Source: Deinococcaceae bacterium (GTDB taxonomy: Bacteria > Deinococcota > Deinococci > Deinococcales > Trueperaceae). Taken from it: a stretch of 16,856 nt of DNA. The stretch spans positions 1-16,856 of the forward strand of contig JBDZWC010000065.1 of NCBI GenBank assembly GCA_040256005.1, given 5' to 3'. The notes beneath the pieces are model-generated. The model was given only the letters and a program-made list of their open reading frames with translations. It did no database searches and had not been told where the DNA came from. Positions 1-7,799 of the stretch are shown here, in pieces; positions within the stretch are counted from its first letter, which is position 1; the number at the start of each line of letters is the position of its first letter. The position numbers and the translations under genes were made by a program.

Positions 1-884
1 AGCTTGCCGCCGGTGATGCTCGCGGCGTGGCTGCCCGTCGCGACGCCGTGCCCGGCCGCCTCGACGCCGACCATGCGGGGTCTCTGGTCGGCGGGCAGGT
101 ACGCGAACGGCGCGAAGAGCCCGATCGCGTTCGAGCCGCCGCCCACGCAGGCGACGAGTGCGTCGGGCGTCGTACGACCCTCGCGTGCCTCCAGCTGCTC
201 CATGACCTCGTAGCCGATGACGCACTGCAGGTCGCGCACGATCATCGGGTACGGATGCGGGCCCACCACGGACCCGATGAGGTAGTAGGTGTCCCTGACG
301 TTCGTCACCCAGTCCCGGATGGCCTCGTTGGTGGCGTCCTTGAGGGTGCGTGTGCCGCTCTTGACGCTCACGACCTCGGCGCCCAGGAGGCGCATGCGAT
401 AGACGTTGAGCTCCTGCCTGCGCACGTCCTCCTCGCCCATGTACACGACGCACTCGAGGCCGAACAGCGCCGCAGCGGTCGCGGCCGCCACGCCGTGCTG
501 CCCGGCTCCGGTCTCGGCGACGATGCGCCGGTGGCCCATGCGCCGAGCCAGCAGCGCCTGGCCCACCGTGTTGTTGATCTTGTGCGCGCCCGTGTGGTTG
601 AGGTCCTCGCGTTTGAGGTAGACGCGGGCGCCGCCCAGGTGCCGCGTGAGGTTCTCGGCGTGGTAGAGGAGAGACGGGCGTCCCACGTAGTCCCGCAGCA
701 CCGTCGCGAGCTCGGCCACGAACTCGGGGTCGCCCTTGGCGTCCCGGTAGGCGGTGTCCAGGTCCTCCAACGCCGGGATCAGGGTCTCGGGCACGTAGCG
801 ACCGCCGAACCGGCCGTAGCGGCCGCGGGCGTCGGGTAACGGGAAATCGGGCAGGCCGCGGCCCAGCACGGCGGTCTGGCTCAT
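1..884 (-). CDS. trpB: Tryptophan synthase beta subunit (5' portion; runs off the left edge)
   Basis: Not in the ORF track; translated by hand from ATG at 884: [39 protein letters not shown]...[17 protein letters not shown] (PLP lysine)...AETGAGQHG...[14 protein letters not shown]...[11 protein letters not shown]...[10 protein letters not shown]. Confidence 0.97.
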   Translation of the reverse strand, partial: MSQTAVLGRGLPDFPLPDARGRYGRFGGRYVPETLIPALEDLDTAYRDAKGDPEFVAELATVLRDYVGRPSLLYHAENLTRHLGGARVYLKREDLNHTGAHKINNTVGQALLARRMGHRRIVAETGAGQHGVAAATAAALFGLECVVYMGEEDVRRQELNVYRMRLLGAEVVSVKSGTRTLKDATNEAIRDWVTNVRDTYYLIGSVVGPHPYPMIVRDLQCVIGYEVMEQLEAREGRTTPDALVACVGGGSNAIGLFAPFAYLPADQRPRMVGVEAAGHGVATGSHAASITGGK

Positions 885-887
885 GGG

Positions 888-1907
888 TCAGGAGTCTACG
901 CTTACGAGCGCCGCCAGGTCTGCGGGAGAGAGCGTCATGGGCCCGGCGGGAGCGCTCGCGCCCCCGGTCCTCAGCCGCTCGCGGATCTCGGTGGCGGTCA
1001 CTGGCCCTCGGCCGTCGTGCCAGCCCAACGACGCCGCCAGCAAGCCGAGGACGGCGCCCGGGTCAGCCCCGGCGGCACGTAGCTCGTGCAAGGAGAGGGC
1101 GCCGCCGCGCTTGGAGAGCTTCTCTCCGTCGGTACCGAGAAGCAGGCCGACGTGAGCGAACCGGGGCCGCGGTAACCCCAGGGCGTCGTAGAGCAACGCC
1201 TGGGCGGCCGTGCTCGCCAGGAGGTCTGCGCCGCGGGCCACCTCCGTGACGCGCATGGCAGCGTCGTCGACCACGACGGCCAGCTGGTAGCCGATCAGCC
1301 CGTCCGCACGCCTCACGACGAAGTCTCCTACGTCCCGGCGCAGGTCCACCGCGACCGGACCCTGGATCGCGTCGTCGAACGACACGGTGGCATCTGGTAC
1401 GCGGAACCTCAGGCTGGGAACGCGGCCCTCCCGGCGCCGGCCCGCCGCGAGGCGCGCGTTGATGGCGCGCTGTGCCGGGCCGTAGACGCGGGCGGCCTCG
1501 CCGGCTGGACCCTCGCCGGCGTCATCGACGCCCTGCCCACCTGATGAGGCCTGCGCGATCTCGCGCCGGGACAGGTAGCACTCGAACAGGTGTCCCGCGC
1601 CCATGAGGCGAGCGATGGCGGCCTCGTGATGGGCGAGGCGCTGGGACTGGAGGTAGGGAGAGTGCGGGCCGCCCACGTCGGGGCCCTCGTCCCAATCGAG
1701 CCCCAGCCACCTAAGCTCGGCCAGGTTGCCCGCCACGGCCTCGGGCCGCGTCCGCGGGCCGTCGATGTCCTCGACGCGCAGCAGGAACGCGCCGCCGGCC
1801 GCCCTGGACCGACCCCAGGCGAACAGCGCGGTCCGGGCGTTGCCCAGGTGCAGCCAGCCGCTGGGCGAGGGAGCGAACCGGCCGCGGTAGCCCGTCGTCG
1901 GCGTCAT
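888..1907 (-). CDS. gluQ: Glutamyl-Q tRNA(Asp) synthetase (GluRS paralog lacking the anticodon-binding domain)
   Basis: GRFAPSPSGWLHLGN (HIGH-like), LRVEDID, GDFVVRRADG..YQLAVVVDD, RGADLL and KLSKR (KMSKS-like); 339 aa with no C-terminal anticodon domain. Confidence 0.9.
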   Translation of the reverse strand: MTPTTGYRGRFAPSPSGWLHLGNARTALFAWGRSRAAGGAFLLRVEDIDGPRTRPEAVAGNLAELRWLGLDWDEGPDVGGPHSPYLQSQRLAHHEAAIARLMGAGHLFECYLSRREIAQASSGGQGVDDAGEGPAGEAARVYGPAQRAINARLAAGRRREGRVPSLRFRVPDATVSFDDAIQGPVAVDLRRDVGDFVVRRADGLIGYQLAVVVDDAAMRVTEVARGADLLASTAAQALLYDALGLPRPRFAHVGLLLGTDGEKLSKRGGALSLHELRAAGADPGAVLGLLAASLGWHDGRGPVTATEIRERLRTGGASAPAGPMTLSPADLAALVSVDS

Positions 1908-1929
1908 GGCGCGCTAGGGCGGCGCGGCG

Positions 1930-2862
1930 CTAGGCGCGGCGGCGGATGGCCTCCAGGACGGCGTCTCCCATGTCGGACGGCGTCCGAGCCACCACCACGC
2001 CTGCGCCCTCGAGCGCGGCGATCTTCTCGGCCGCGGTGCCCTTGCCACCGGAGATGATCGCTCCGGCGTGGCCCATCCGCTTCCCGGGAGGTGCGGTGGT
2101 GCCCGCGATGAACGAGGCGACCGGCTTCCGCATGTGCGCTCGGATCCAAGCGGCCGCGTCCTCCTCGGCGTTACCACCGATCTCGCCGATCATCAGCACC
2201 GCCTCGGTAGCCGGGTCGTCGTTGAAGACCTCGAGCACGTCGATGAAGTTCGTCCCGTTGACCGGGTCGCCGCCGATGCCGACGGCGAGCGTCTGGCCCA
2301 GGCCGTTGTCCGTGAGCTGCTTGACGCCCTCGTAGGTGAGGGTCCCGGAGCGGCTGACGACCCCGACCTTGCCCGGGGCGTGTATGTAGCCGGGCATGAT
2401 GCCGATCTTGCAGGCCTTCGGTGACGTGAGCCCGGGGCAGTTGGGGCCGATCAGGCGGGAGCGCTTGCCCTCGAGGAAGCGCTTGACCGTGACCATGTCC
2501 ATGATCGGTATGCCCTCGGTGATGGCGACGATGAGCTCGACGCCGGCGTCCGCCGCCTCCATGATCGCGTCGGCCGCGAAGGGCGGCGGGACGAACACGA
2601 CGCTGGCGTTGGCTCCCGTCTGGGCGACGGCCTCGGCGACGGTGTCGAACGAGGGGACGTCCACCGAGTAGGTGTCGGGGCGGGAGGGGACGCCGGAGTG
2701 GTCAGTCTCGCCCTCGAAGTGGACGCTCTGACCGCCCTTGCCGGGCCGCACGGCCGCCACGACGTTGGTGCCGTAGGCGATGGACCTGTCGGTGTGGAAC
2801 GTGCCGGCGCCGCCCATGCCCTGCACCAACAGGCGGGTCTCCGTGCCGATCATCAGGCTCAT
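1930..2862 (-). CDS. sucD: Succinyl-CoA synthetase alpha subunit
   Basis: [36 protein letters not shown] and [11 protein letters not shown] (phospho-His); ATGA overlap with the sucC stop. Confidence 0.97.
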   Translation of the reverse strand: MSLMIGTETRLLVQGMGGAGTFHTDRSIAYGTNVVAAVRPGKGGQSVHFEGETDHSGVPSRPDTYSVDVPSFDTVAEAVAQTGANASVVFVPPPFAADAIMEAADAGVELIVAITEGIPIMDMVTVKRFLEGKRSRLIGPNCPGLTSPKACKIGIMPGYIHAPGKVGVVSRSGTLTYEGVKQLTDNGLGQTLAVGIGGDPVNGTNFIDVLEVFNDDPATEAVLMIGEIGGNAEEDAAAWIRAHMRKPVASFIAGTTAPPGKRMGHAGAIISGGKGTAAEKIAALEGAGVVVARTPSDMGDAVLEAIRRRA

Positions 2863-4091
2863 GCCGCGCCCCCCGCCAGCTCCACGATCTTGCGGGCGCC
2901 GTCCTTCATGTCCGAGGCGCTGATCACGTTGAGCCCTGACTCGTCGATGATCTTCTTGCCCAGCTCCGCGTTCGTGCCCTCGAGCCTCACCACGAGCGGC
3001 ACCTCGAGGCCAACCTGCTTCACGGCCGCGACGACGCCGTTCGCGATGGTGTCGCCACGCATGATGCCGCCGAAGATGTTCACGAAGATCCCCTTGACGT
3101 TCGGGTCCTTGGTGATGATCTTGAACGCGGCCGTGACGTTCTCTTCCGTGGCGCCGCCGCCCACGTCCAGGAAGTTGGCCGGCTCGCCGCCGACCTCCTT
3201 GATGGTGTCCATGGTCGCCATCGCGAGGCCGGCGCCGTTCACGAGGCAGCCGACGTTGCCGTCGAGCTTGATGAACGACAGGCCGTACTTGCCGGCCTCC
3301 ACCTCGGCCGGGTCCTCCTCGGTGGTGTCGCGCAGGTCCGCCACGACCGGGTGCCTGAACATGGCGTTGGAGTCGAAGCTCATCTTGGCGTCGAGGGCGA
3401 CGACGTCGCCGCTCTTCGTGACCACGAGGGGGTTGACCTCGAGCAGGTCGGTGTCCAGCTCGCGCGCGGCGCGGGCAACGGCCTTGAGCAGCGCCACGCC
3501 CTTCCTGTGGGTGTCGCCCGAGAGCCCGAGGGCGAACGCCAACGAGCGCGCCTGGAAGTCGGCGAGGCCCAGCAGGGGGTCGATGGCCTGACGCACGATC
3601 TTCTCGGGCGTCTCCTCGGCGACCTGCTCGATGTCCATGCCGCCGGCCGTGGACACCATGACGACGTTGCGGCCTAGCGAGCGGTCGAGCACCACCGAGA
3701 GGTAGAGCTCCCTCTCGATGTCCATGCCCTGCTCGACGTAGAGGCGGTTCACCCGCTTGCCGGTGGGGCCGGTCTGGACCGTCACGAGCGTGGAGCCGAG
3801 CATCTTGCCGGCCAGCTCGCGCACCGTTGCCTCGGCGGCCTCGATGCCGCCCTCGCGGCCGTCGAGTACGACGTTGACGCCCCGGAGACCGTGGTGCTCG
3901 ACGAAGGTGCCCTTGCCCCTCCCGCCCGCGTGGATCTGCGACTTCACGACGACGACGGGGTTGCCGGTCTCCTCGACGAGCGGACGCACGGCCCTGGCGG
4001 CCTCGTCTACCGTCGTGGCTGAACGGCCAAGCGGTACCGCTACCCCGAACGGGGCCAGCAGCTCCTTGGCCTGGTACTCGTGGATCTTCAA
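2859..4091 (-). CDS. sucC: Succinyl-CoA synthetase beta subunit
   Basis: [59 protein letters not shown] and NIFGGI; TTG start preceded by a GGAGG Shine-Dalgarno. Confidence 0.97.
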   Translation of the reverse strand: MKIHEYQAKELLAPFGVAVPLGRSATTVDEAARAVRPLVEETGNPVVVVKSQIHAGGRGKGTFVEHHGLRGVNVVLDGREGGIEAAEATVRELAGKMLGSTLVTVQTGPTGKRVNRLYVEQGMDIERELYLSVVLDRSLGRNVVMVSTAGGMDIEQVAEETPEKIVRQAIDPLLGLADFQARSLAFALGLSGDTHRKGVALLKAVARAARELDTDLLEVNPLVVTKSGDVVALDAKMSFDSNAMFRHPVVADLRDTTEEDPAEVEAGKYGLSFIKLDGNVGCLVNGAGLAMATMDTIKEVGGEPANFLDVGGGATEENVTAAFKIITKDPNVKGIFVNIFGGIMRGDTIANGVVAAVKQVGLEVPLVVRLEGTNAELGKKIIDESGLNVISASDMKDGARKIVELAGGAA

Positions 4092-4233
4092 GGTCGGTTA
4101 CCTCCAGTGCGCCGGGCGCAAAGAAGGCTCCCGGCCATGCAGACAGGCTAGGTTACCTCGCTGCCCCGCTGCGCCCGTCCCGCACGGTGAGACGCGTGTG
4201 GCAAGGTTCGTGTGACCGTACGCCGTCAGCCAG

Positions 4234-4239
4234 TAGAGT
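4234..4239 (+). promoter_or_regulatory. -10 element (TAGAGT) of a probable leaderless mog transcript
   Basis: TAGAGT-gccggc-ATG(4246): TANNNT 6 nt before the start, with no SD. Confidence 0.6.
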
Positions 4240-4245
4240 GCCGGC

Positions 4246-4746
4246 ATGGTGCGGACAGCGATACTGACCGTGTCCGACTCCGTGTCCACTGGGAACCGGG
4301 AGGACGGCAGCGCTCAGGCGATACGTCAGGTGCTCAAGACCGGCCCGTTCGTCGAGGTCGACTATCAGGTCGTACCGGACGAGCAGGCGCTCATCCGGGC
4401 GAAGCTGCGCCTGTGGTCGGACCAGGACGGTGTTGACCTCGTGCTGACCACCGGGGGCACCGGCCTGTCGCGCAAGGACAGGACGCCGGAGGCGACCGAG
4501 GAGGTCATCGAGCGGCGCGTGCCTGGGTTGCCCGAGCTGATGCGCTCGGTCGGCGCTGCCAAGAGCAGGACGGCCGCGCTGTCACGCGGGGTCGCGGGCG
4601 TCAGGCGCCGGACGTTGATCCTCAACCTGCCCGGCAGTCCCGGCGCGGCGGCCGACTCCCTCGCGGCCGTCATCGAGACGTTGCCGCACGCCGTCGACGT
4701 CATCAAGGGCGCGCCCGAAGCCTCACCCGAGGCCTGGCACAACTGA
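4246..4746 (+). CDS. mog: Molybdopterin adenylyltransferase (MogA/MoaB family)
   Basis: ILTVSD, VVPDE, LTTGGTG, DRTPEAT, LSRGVAG and LNLPGSP motifs. Confidence 0.9.
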   Translation: MVRTAILTVSDSVSTGNREDGSAQAIRQVLKTGPFVEVDYQVVPDEQALIRAKLRLWSDQDGVDLVLTTGGTGLSRKDRTPEATEEVIERRVPGLPELMRSVGAAKSRTAALSRGVAGVRRRTLILNLPGSPGAAADSLAAVIETLPHAVDVIKGAPEASPEAWHN

Positions 4747-4805
4747 GCGCGCCGCCCGCAGGGGGCCTTCCACGAACCGTTCGCCGGGCACTAAGCTAGA
4801 CGGCC

Positions 4806-5291
4806 TTGACCGTCCTGGCCTTCGTAGTCTTCCTCGTCTCGTACCTCGTCGCTTTCGTAGGGGTCGTACTGCCGGTCCTGCCGGGCGTGCCCATCGCGCT
4901 CGTCGGGGCGGTCGTGGCCGCGCTGATCGTCGGCTTCGAGCGCTTCGGGACGCTGCCGCTCGTGTACGTCGGCGTGCTCGTCGTGCTCTCTCAGCTGGTG
5001 GACCTGGCCGGGACCTGGCTGGGCTCCAAGCGTTTCGGCGCCGGGCGCGCAGGGGTCTGGGGCGGTGTGATCGGCTCGTTCGTGGGCCTGTTCGTGTTCC
5101 CGCCGTTCGGGTTCCTGGTGGGCGCGCTGGTCGGGGCCGTCATCGCCGAGCTGCTGGCCGGACGCCCGACCCGCGAGGCGGTCCGCAGCGGCGTGGGAGC
5201 GTTCGTGGGCACGTTGGGCGGCACGGTCGCGAAGCTGGTCATCATGGTAGTGATTGGTTTCGTTGTGTTCCCCAGGTTCTTCGGCGGCTGA
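4806..5291 (+). CDS. DUF456-family membrane protein
   Basis: Highly hydrophobic; GVVLPVLPG, KRFGAGRAGVWG, FPPFGFLVG.LVGAVIAEL and GAFVGTLGGTVAK pattern; TTG start. Confidence 0.8.
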   Translation: MTVLAFVVFLVSYLVAFVGVVLPVLPGVPIALVGAVVAALIVGFERFGTLPLVYVGVLVVLSQLVDLAGTWLGSKRFGAGRAGVWGGVIGSFVGLFVFPPFGFLVGALVGAVIAELLAGRPTREAVRSGVGAFVGTLGGTVAKLVIMVVIGFVVFPRFFGG

Positions 5292-5314
5292 AGCCCGCCC
5301 CAAGGAGCTGATCG

Positions 5315-6217
5315 ATGGATCCGATCTTCGTGCAGGTAGGGCCGCTGGCCATCAGGTGGTACGGGGTCCTCATCGCCCTGGGCGTGCTGATCGGCGCCGC
5401 CTGGTCCCTGAAGGCGGCCGAGCGCCGAGGGCTCGACCCGGACAGGCTGCTGGACATGGCGATCTGGTTGGTCGTCGCCGGGGTGGTGGGAGCGCGGCTC
5501 GTCTACGTGCTCACGAGCCCGGCAGCCTACTTCGGTCCGGGCGGCAACTGGCTCGACGCGTTCAAGGTGTGGCAGGGCGGCATCAGCATCCACGGCGGCG
5601 TCGCTGGCGTCATGCTGGCCGCCTGGCTCTACTGTCGCCGCCACGGTCTGAACGTGTGGGCCTACCTCGACGTCATGACGCCGGTGGGAGTGCTGGGCAT
5701 CATGGGCGGCCGCATCGGCAACATCATGAACGGCAGCGACACCGGCGGGCGGCTCACGAACTTAGGCATCGGCTTCACGTGGCCGCCTCCCGGCACCGAG
5801 ACCCTGGGGGCGTTCGGGCGCGTGGTGTTCGGCGACCAGCTGTGGCAGTTCGGACCGCCGGCGTGCTCCACCGTGCCGGCCGGCCAGCCGTGCGTCGTGC
5901 ACTTCACCCAGCTCTACGGGTTCCTGGTGGGCTTCATCCTGCTCTTCATCGTCGCCTGGGCTCTCAGGCGCCTCGACATGCCGGCGGGCAACGTCTTCTG
6001 GCTGTTCGTGCTGTGGTACTCGATCCTGCGCAGCGTGATCGAGGAGCCGTTCAGGGACAACCCGCTGCCATGGCAGGTCTACCTGAACAGGGAGGCGGGC
6101 ATCGGCCTGTTCACGTACACGCAGCTGGCCAGCATCCCGATCGTGTTGATCGCCCTGTACATAGTCCTCACGGCCCGGGACAGGCAGGGCTCCAGGCGGA
6201 CCGCCGCAGCCAGATGA
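5315..6217 (+). CDS. lgt: Prolipoprotein diacylglyceryl transferase
   Basis: MDPIFVQVGPLAIRWYG, GARLVYV, WQGGISIHGG, GRIGN and HxxQLY; AAGGAG SD upstream. Confidence 0.93.
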   Translation: MDPIFVQVGPLAIRWYGVLIALGVLIGAAWSLKAAERRGLDPDRLLDMAIWLVVAGVVGARLVYVLTSPAAYFGPGGNWLDAFKVWQGGISIHGGVAGVMLAAWLYCRRHGLNVWAYLDVMTPVGVLGIMGGRIGNIMNGSDTGGRLTNLGIGFTWPPPGTETLGAFGRVVFGDQLWQFGPPACSTVPAGQPCVVHFTQLYGFLVGFILLFIVAWALRRLDMPAGNVFWLFVLWYSILRSVIEEPFRDNPLPWQVYLNREAGIGLFTYTQLASIPIVLIALYIVLTARDRQGSRRTAAAR

Positions 6218-6969
6218 ACGCCTGCGCCGTCGTGGTGCTGGCCGCCGGCGCCGGGACGCGGATGCGCTCGAGCCGGCACAAGGTCCTGCACGAGGCCGCC
6301 GGACTGCCGCTGCTCGAGCATGTGCTGAGGGCCGTGGACCCCCTGGAGGCGCGTCGCGTGGTCGTCGTCGTGGGCCACCTGGGGGACCAGGTCAGGGACG
6401 CGTTCCGTGAGCGTGCGGCCGGGGGAAGGCTCGTCTTCGCCGAGCAGCGCGAACTGCTCGGCACGGGCCACGCGCTGGCTCAGGCGGAGAGCGCCGTCAA
6501 GGCCGCCTTCCAGGCCGGAGAGGACGGCACGGTGCTCGTCCTGAACGGCGACGGGCCGCTGTTGAGGCCACAGACGTTGAGGCGGATGCTCGAGGCCCAG
6601 GGTGACGCCGCGGGGATGAGCGTTCTCGTCGCCAGCGTGACCGACCCGAGCGGGCTAGGTCGCGTGGTCCGGGCCGGCGACAGCGCCATCGCGAGGATCG
6701 TCGAGGACAAGGACGCCGACGAGGCCGAGCGGGCGATACGCGAGATCAACGCCGGCGCGTACGCGTTCGACCTGGGCGTGTTCGAGCGTTGCCGGCGGCT
6801 CCCGTCCGACAACGCTCAAGGCGAGCAGTACATCACGGGGCTGGTGGACCTGTACCTGGAGGAAGGCCTGCCGGTAAGGGCTGTGCCGGCCACCGCCGCC
6901 GAAGAGGCCCTGGCGGTCAACGACCAGGAGGAGCTGGCCGTGGTCGACCGCGCGCTGCGCGGGCGCTAG
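6214..6969 (+). CDS. glmU: GlmU-like N-acetylglucosamine-1-phosphate uridyltransferase domain only (251 aa; no acetyltransferase domain)
   Basis: Real start is the ATG at 6214 (ATGA overlap with the lgt stop): VLAAGAGTRMRS..KVLH, EQ..LLGTGHA, LNGDGPL, GRVVR, IVEDKDA, EINAG, NAQGE.Y.T, AVND; stops right after the linker helix. Confidence 0.85.
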   Translation: MNACAVVVLAAGAGTRMRSSRHKVLHEAAGLPLLEHVLRAVDPLEARRVVVVVGHLGDQVRDAFRERAAGGRLVFAEQRELLGTGHALAQAESAVKAAFQAGEDGTVLVLNGDGPLLRPQTLRRMLEAQGDAAGMSVLVASVTDPSGLGRVVRAGDSAIARIVEDKDADEAERAIREINAGAYAFDLGVFERCRRLPSDNAQGEQYITGLVDLYLEEGLPVRAVPATAAEEALAVNDQEELAVVDRALRGR

Positions 6970-7799
6970 CCGTCTCGACCCGGGCTCGCCGCGGTGCCGA
7001 GCCAGCCGGCCGCGACGATGCCCTCGAGCACCCCGAACGCATGCCGGCCCGTCGCCATCAGCACACCGGGCACGTCGCGCAGGTCCTCCATCTCCGGCTC
7101 GTGGTTGGCGACCACCACGGCGACCATCCCCGCCCGCGCCGCTGTCACGATGAGCTCCCTGTCGTTCCCGGAGTCGCCCGCGGTCACCACCCGGTCGGCG
7201 GCCAGCGAGTAGCGCTCGGCCAGGTACGAGAGCGCGCTGCCTTTGGACGCCGCTGTGGGCAGCACGTCCAAGAAGAGCCCGGCGGAGTAGACGATGTTCG
7301 CCGCCAGGCCGGCCGCCTCGAGCGCGGCGGCGACGGTGATCGGCGTGGGCTGACCGGACGCCTGGGTGTCCACGTAGTAGCTGACCTTGAAGCGGCTCTG
7401 AGCGTCGTGCGGTTGGCTGGTGAGGCCGGGAACCTGGGCCAGGGCCGAGCGCACGGCCTCCGCGTCGAAGCCGGTGGCGGCCAACCGGGCCGACCACTCC
7501 GCGTCCGGCAGGAAGCGGCCGTCGGTCCACAGGTGAACCTCGGTGCCGACACCGCACACGAGCCCCGAGGCGCCGGGAAGCCCGTCGCGCTCCAGCACCT
7601 CGGCCGCCTCCAAGGACAGCGGCAGATCGCGACCCGACGTGAGCACGAGGGCCGCGTCGGCGCGCCTCAACGCCCGGCCCAGTCGCTCGGTGCCGGCTGC
7701 CGGCGCCCCACCCTCGAGCAGCGTGCCGTCAACGTCGCTGACGAGGACGCGCCGCCCCGGACGCAGTCCGACGACGTAACCTGCGGCTGACTCGTTCAC
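6966..7799 (-). CDS. HAD-IIB sucrose-phosphate phosphatase-like protein
   Basis: GTG start at 7799 overlaps the upstream TGA (GTGA); HAD motifs SDVDGTL, TSGR, CGVGTEV, QSRFKVSYY, LDVLPTAASKG and AGDSGND, typical of SPP and the SPS C-terminal domain. Confidence 0.85.
   Translation of the reverse strand: MNESAAGYVVGLRPGRRVLVSDVDGTLLEGGAPAAGTERLGRALRRADAALVLTSGRDLPLSLEAAEVLERDGLPGASGLVCGVGTEVHLWTDGRFLPDAEWSARLAATGFDAEAVRSALAQVPGLTSQPHDAQSRFKVSYYVDTQASGQPTPITVAAALEAAGLAANIVYSAGLFLDVLPTAASKGSALSYLAERYSLAADRVVTAGDSGNDRELIVTAARAGMVAVVVANHEPEMEDLRDVPGVLMATGRHAFGVLEGIVAAGWLGTAASPGRDG

Noticed and set aside
27..839. 270-aa plus-strand ORF
   Set aside because: Antisense shadow of trpB, typical of high-GC DNA.
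1908..1945. Short duplicated CTAGG(G)CG... motif at the sucD stop
   Set aside because: Two degenerate low-complexity GC copies; not an array and no evident function.
5254..6969. 571-aa ORF suggesting a large N-terminal extension on GlmU
   Set aside because: The first ~320 aa are an Arg/Pro-rich off-frame read through lgt; the real start is ATG 6214, coupled to the lgt stop.
6969..7790. Possible readthrough or frameshifted C-terminal half of glmU
   Set aside because: The plus-strand ORFs downstream show no hexapeptide repeats; the region is the antisense of the HAD gene.
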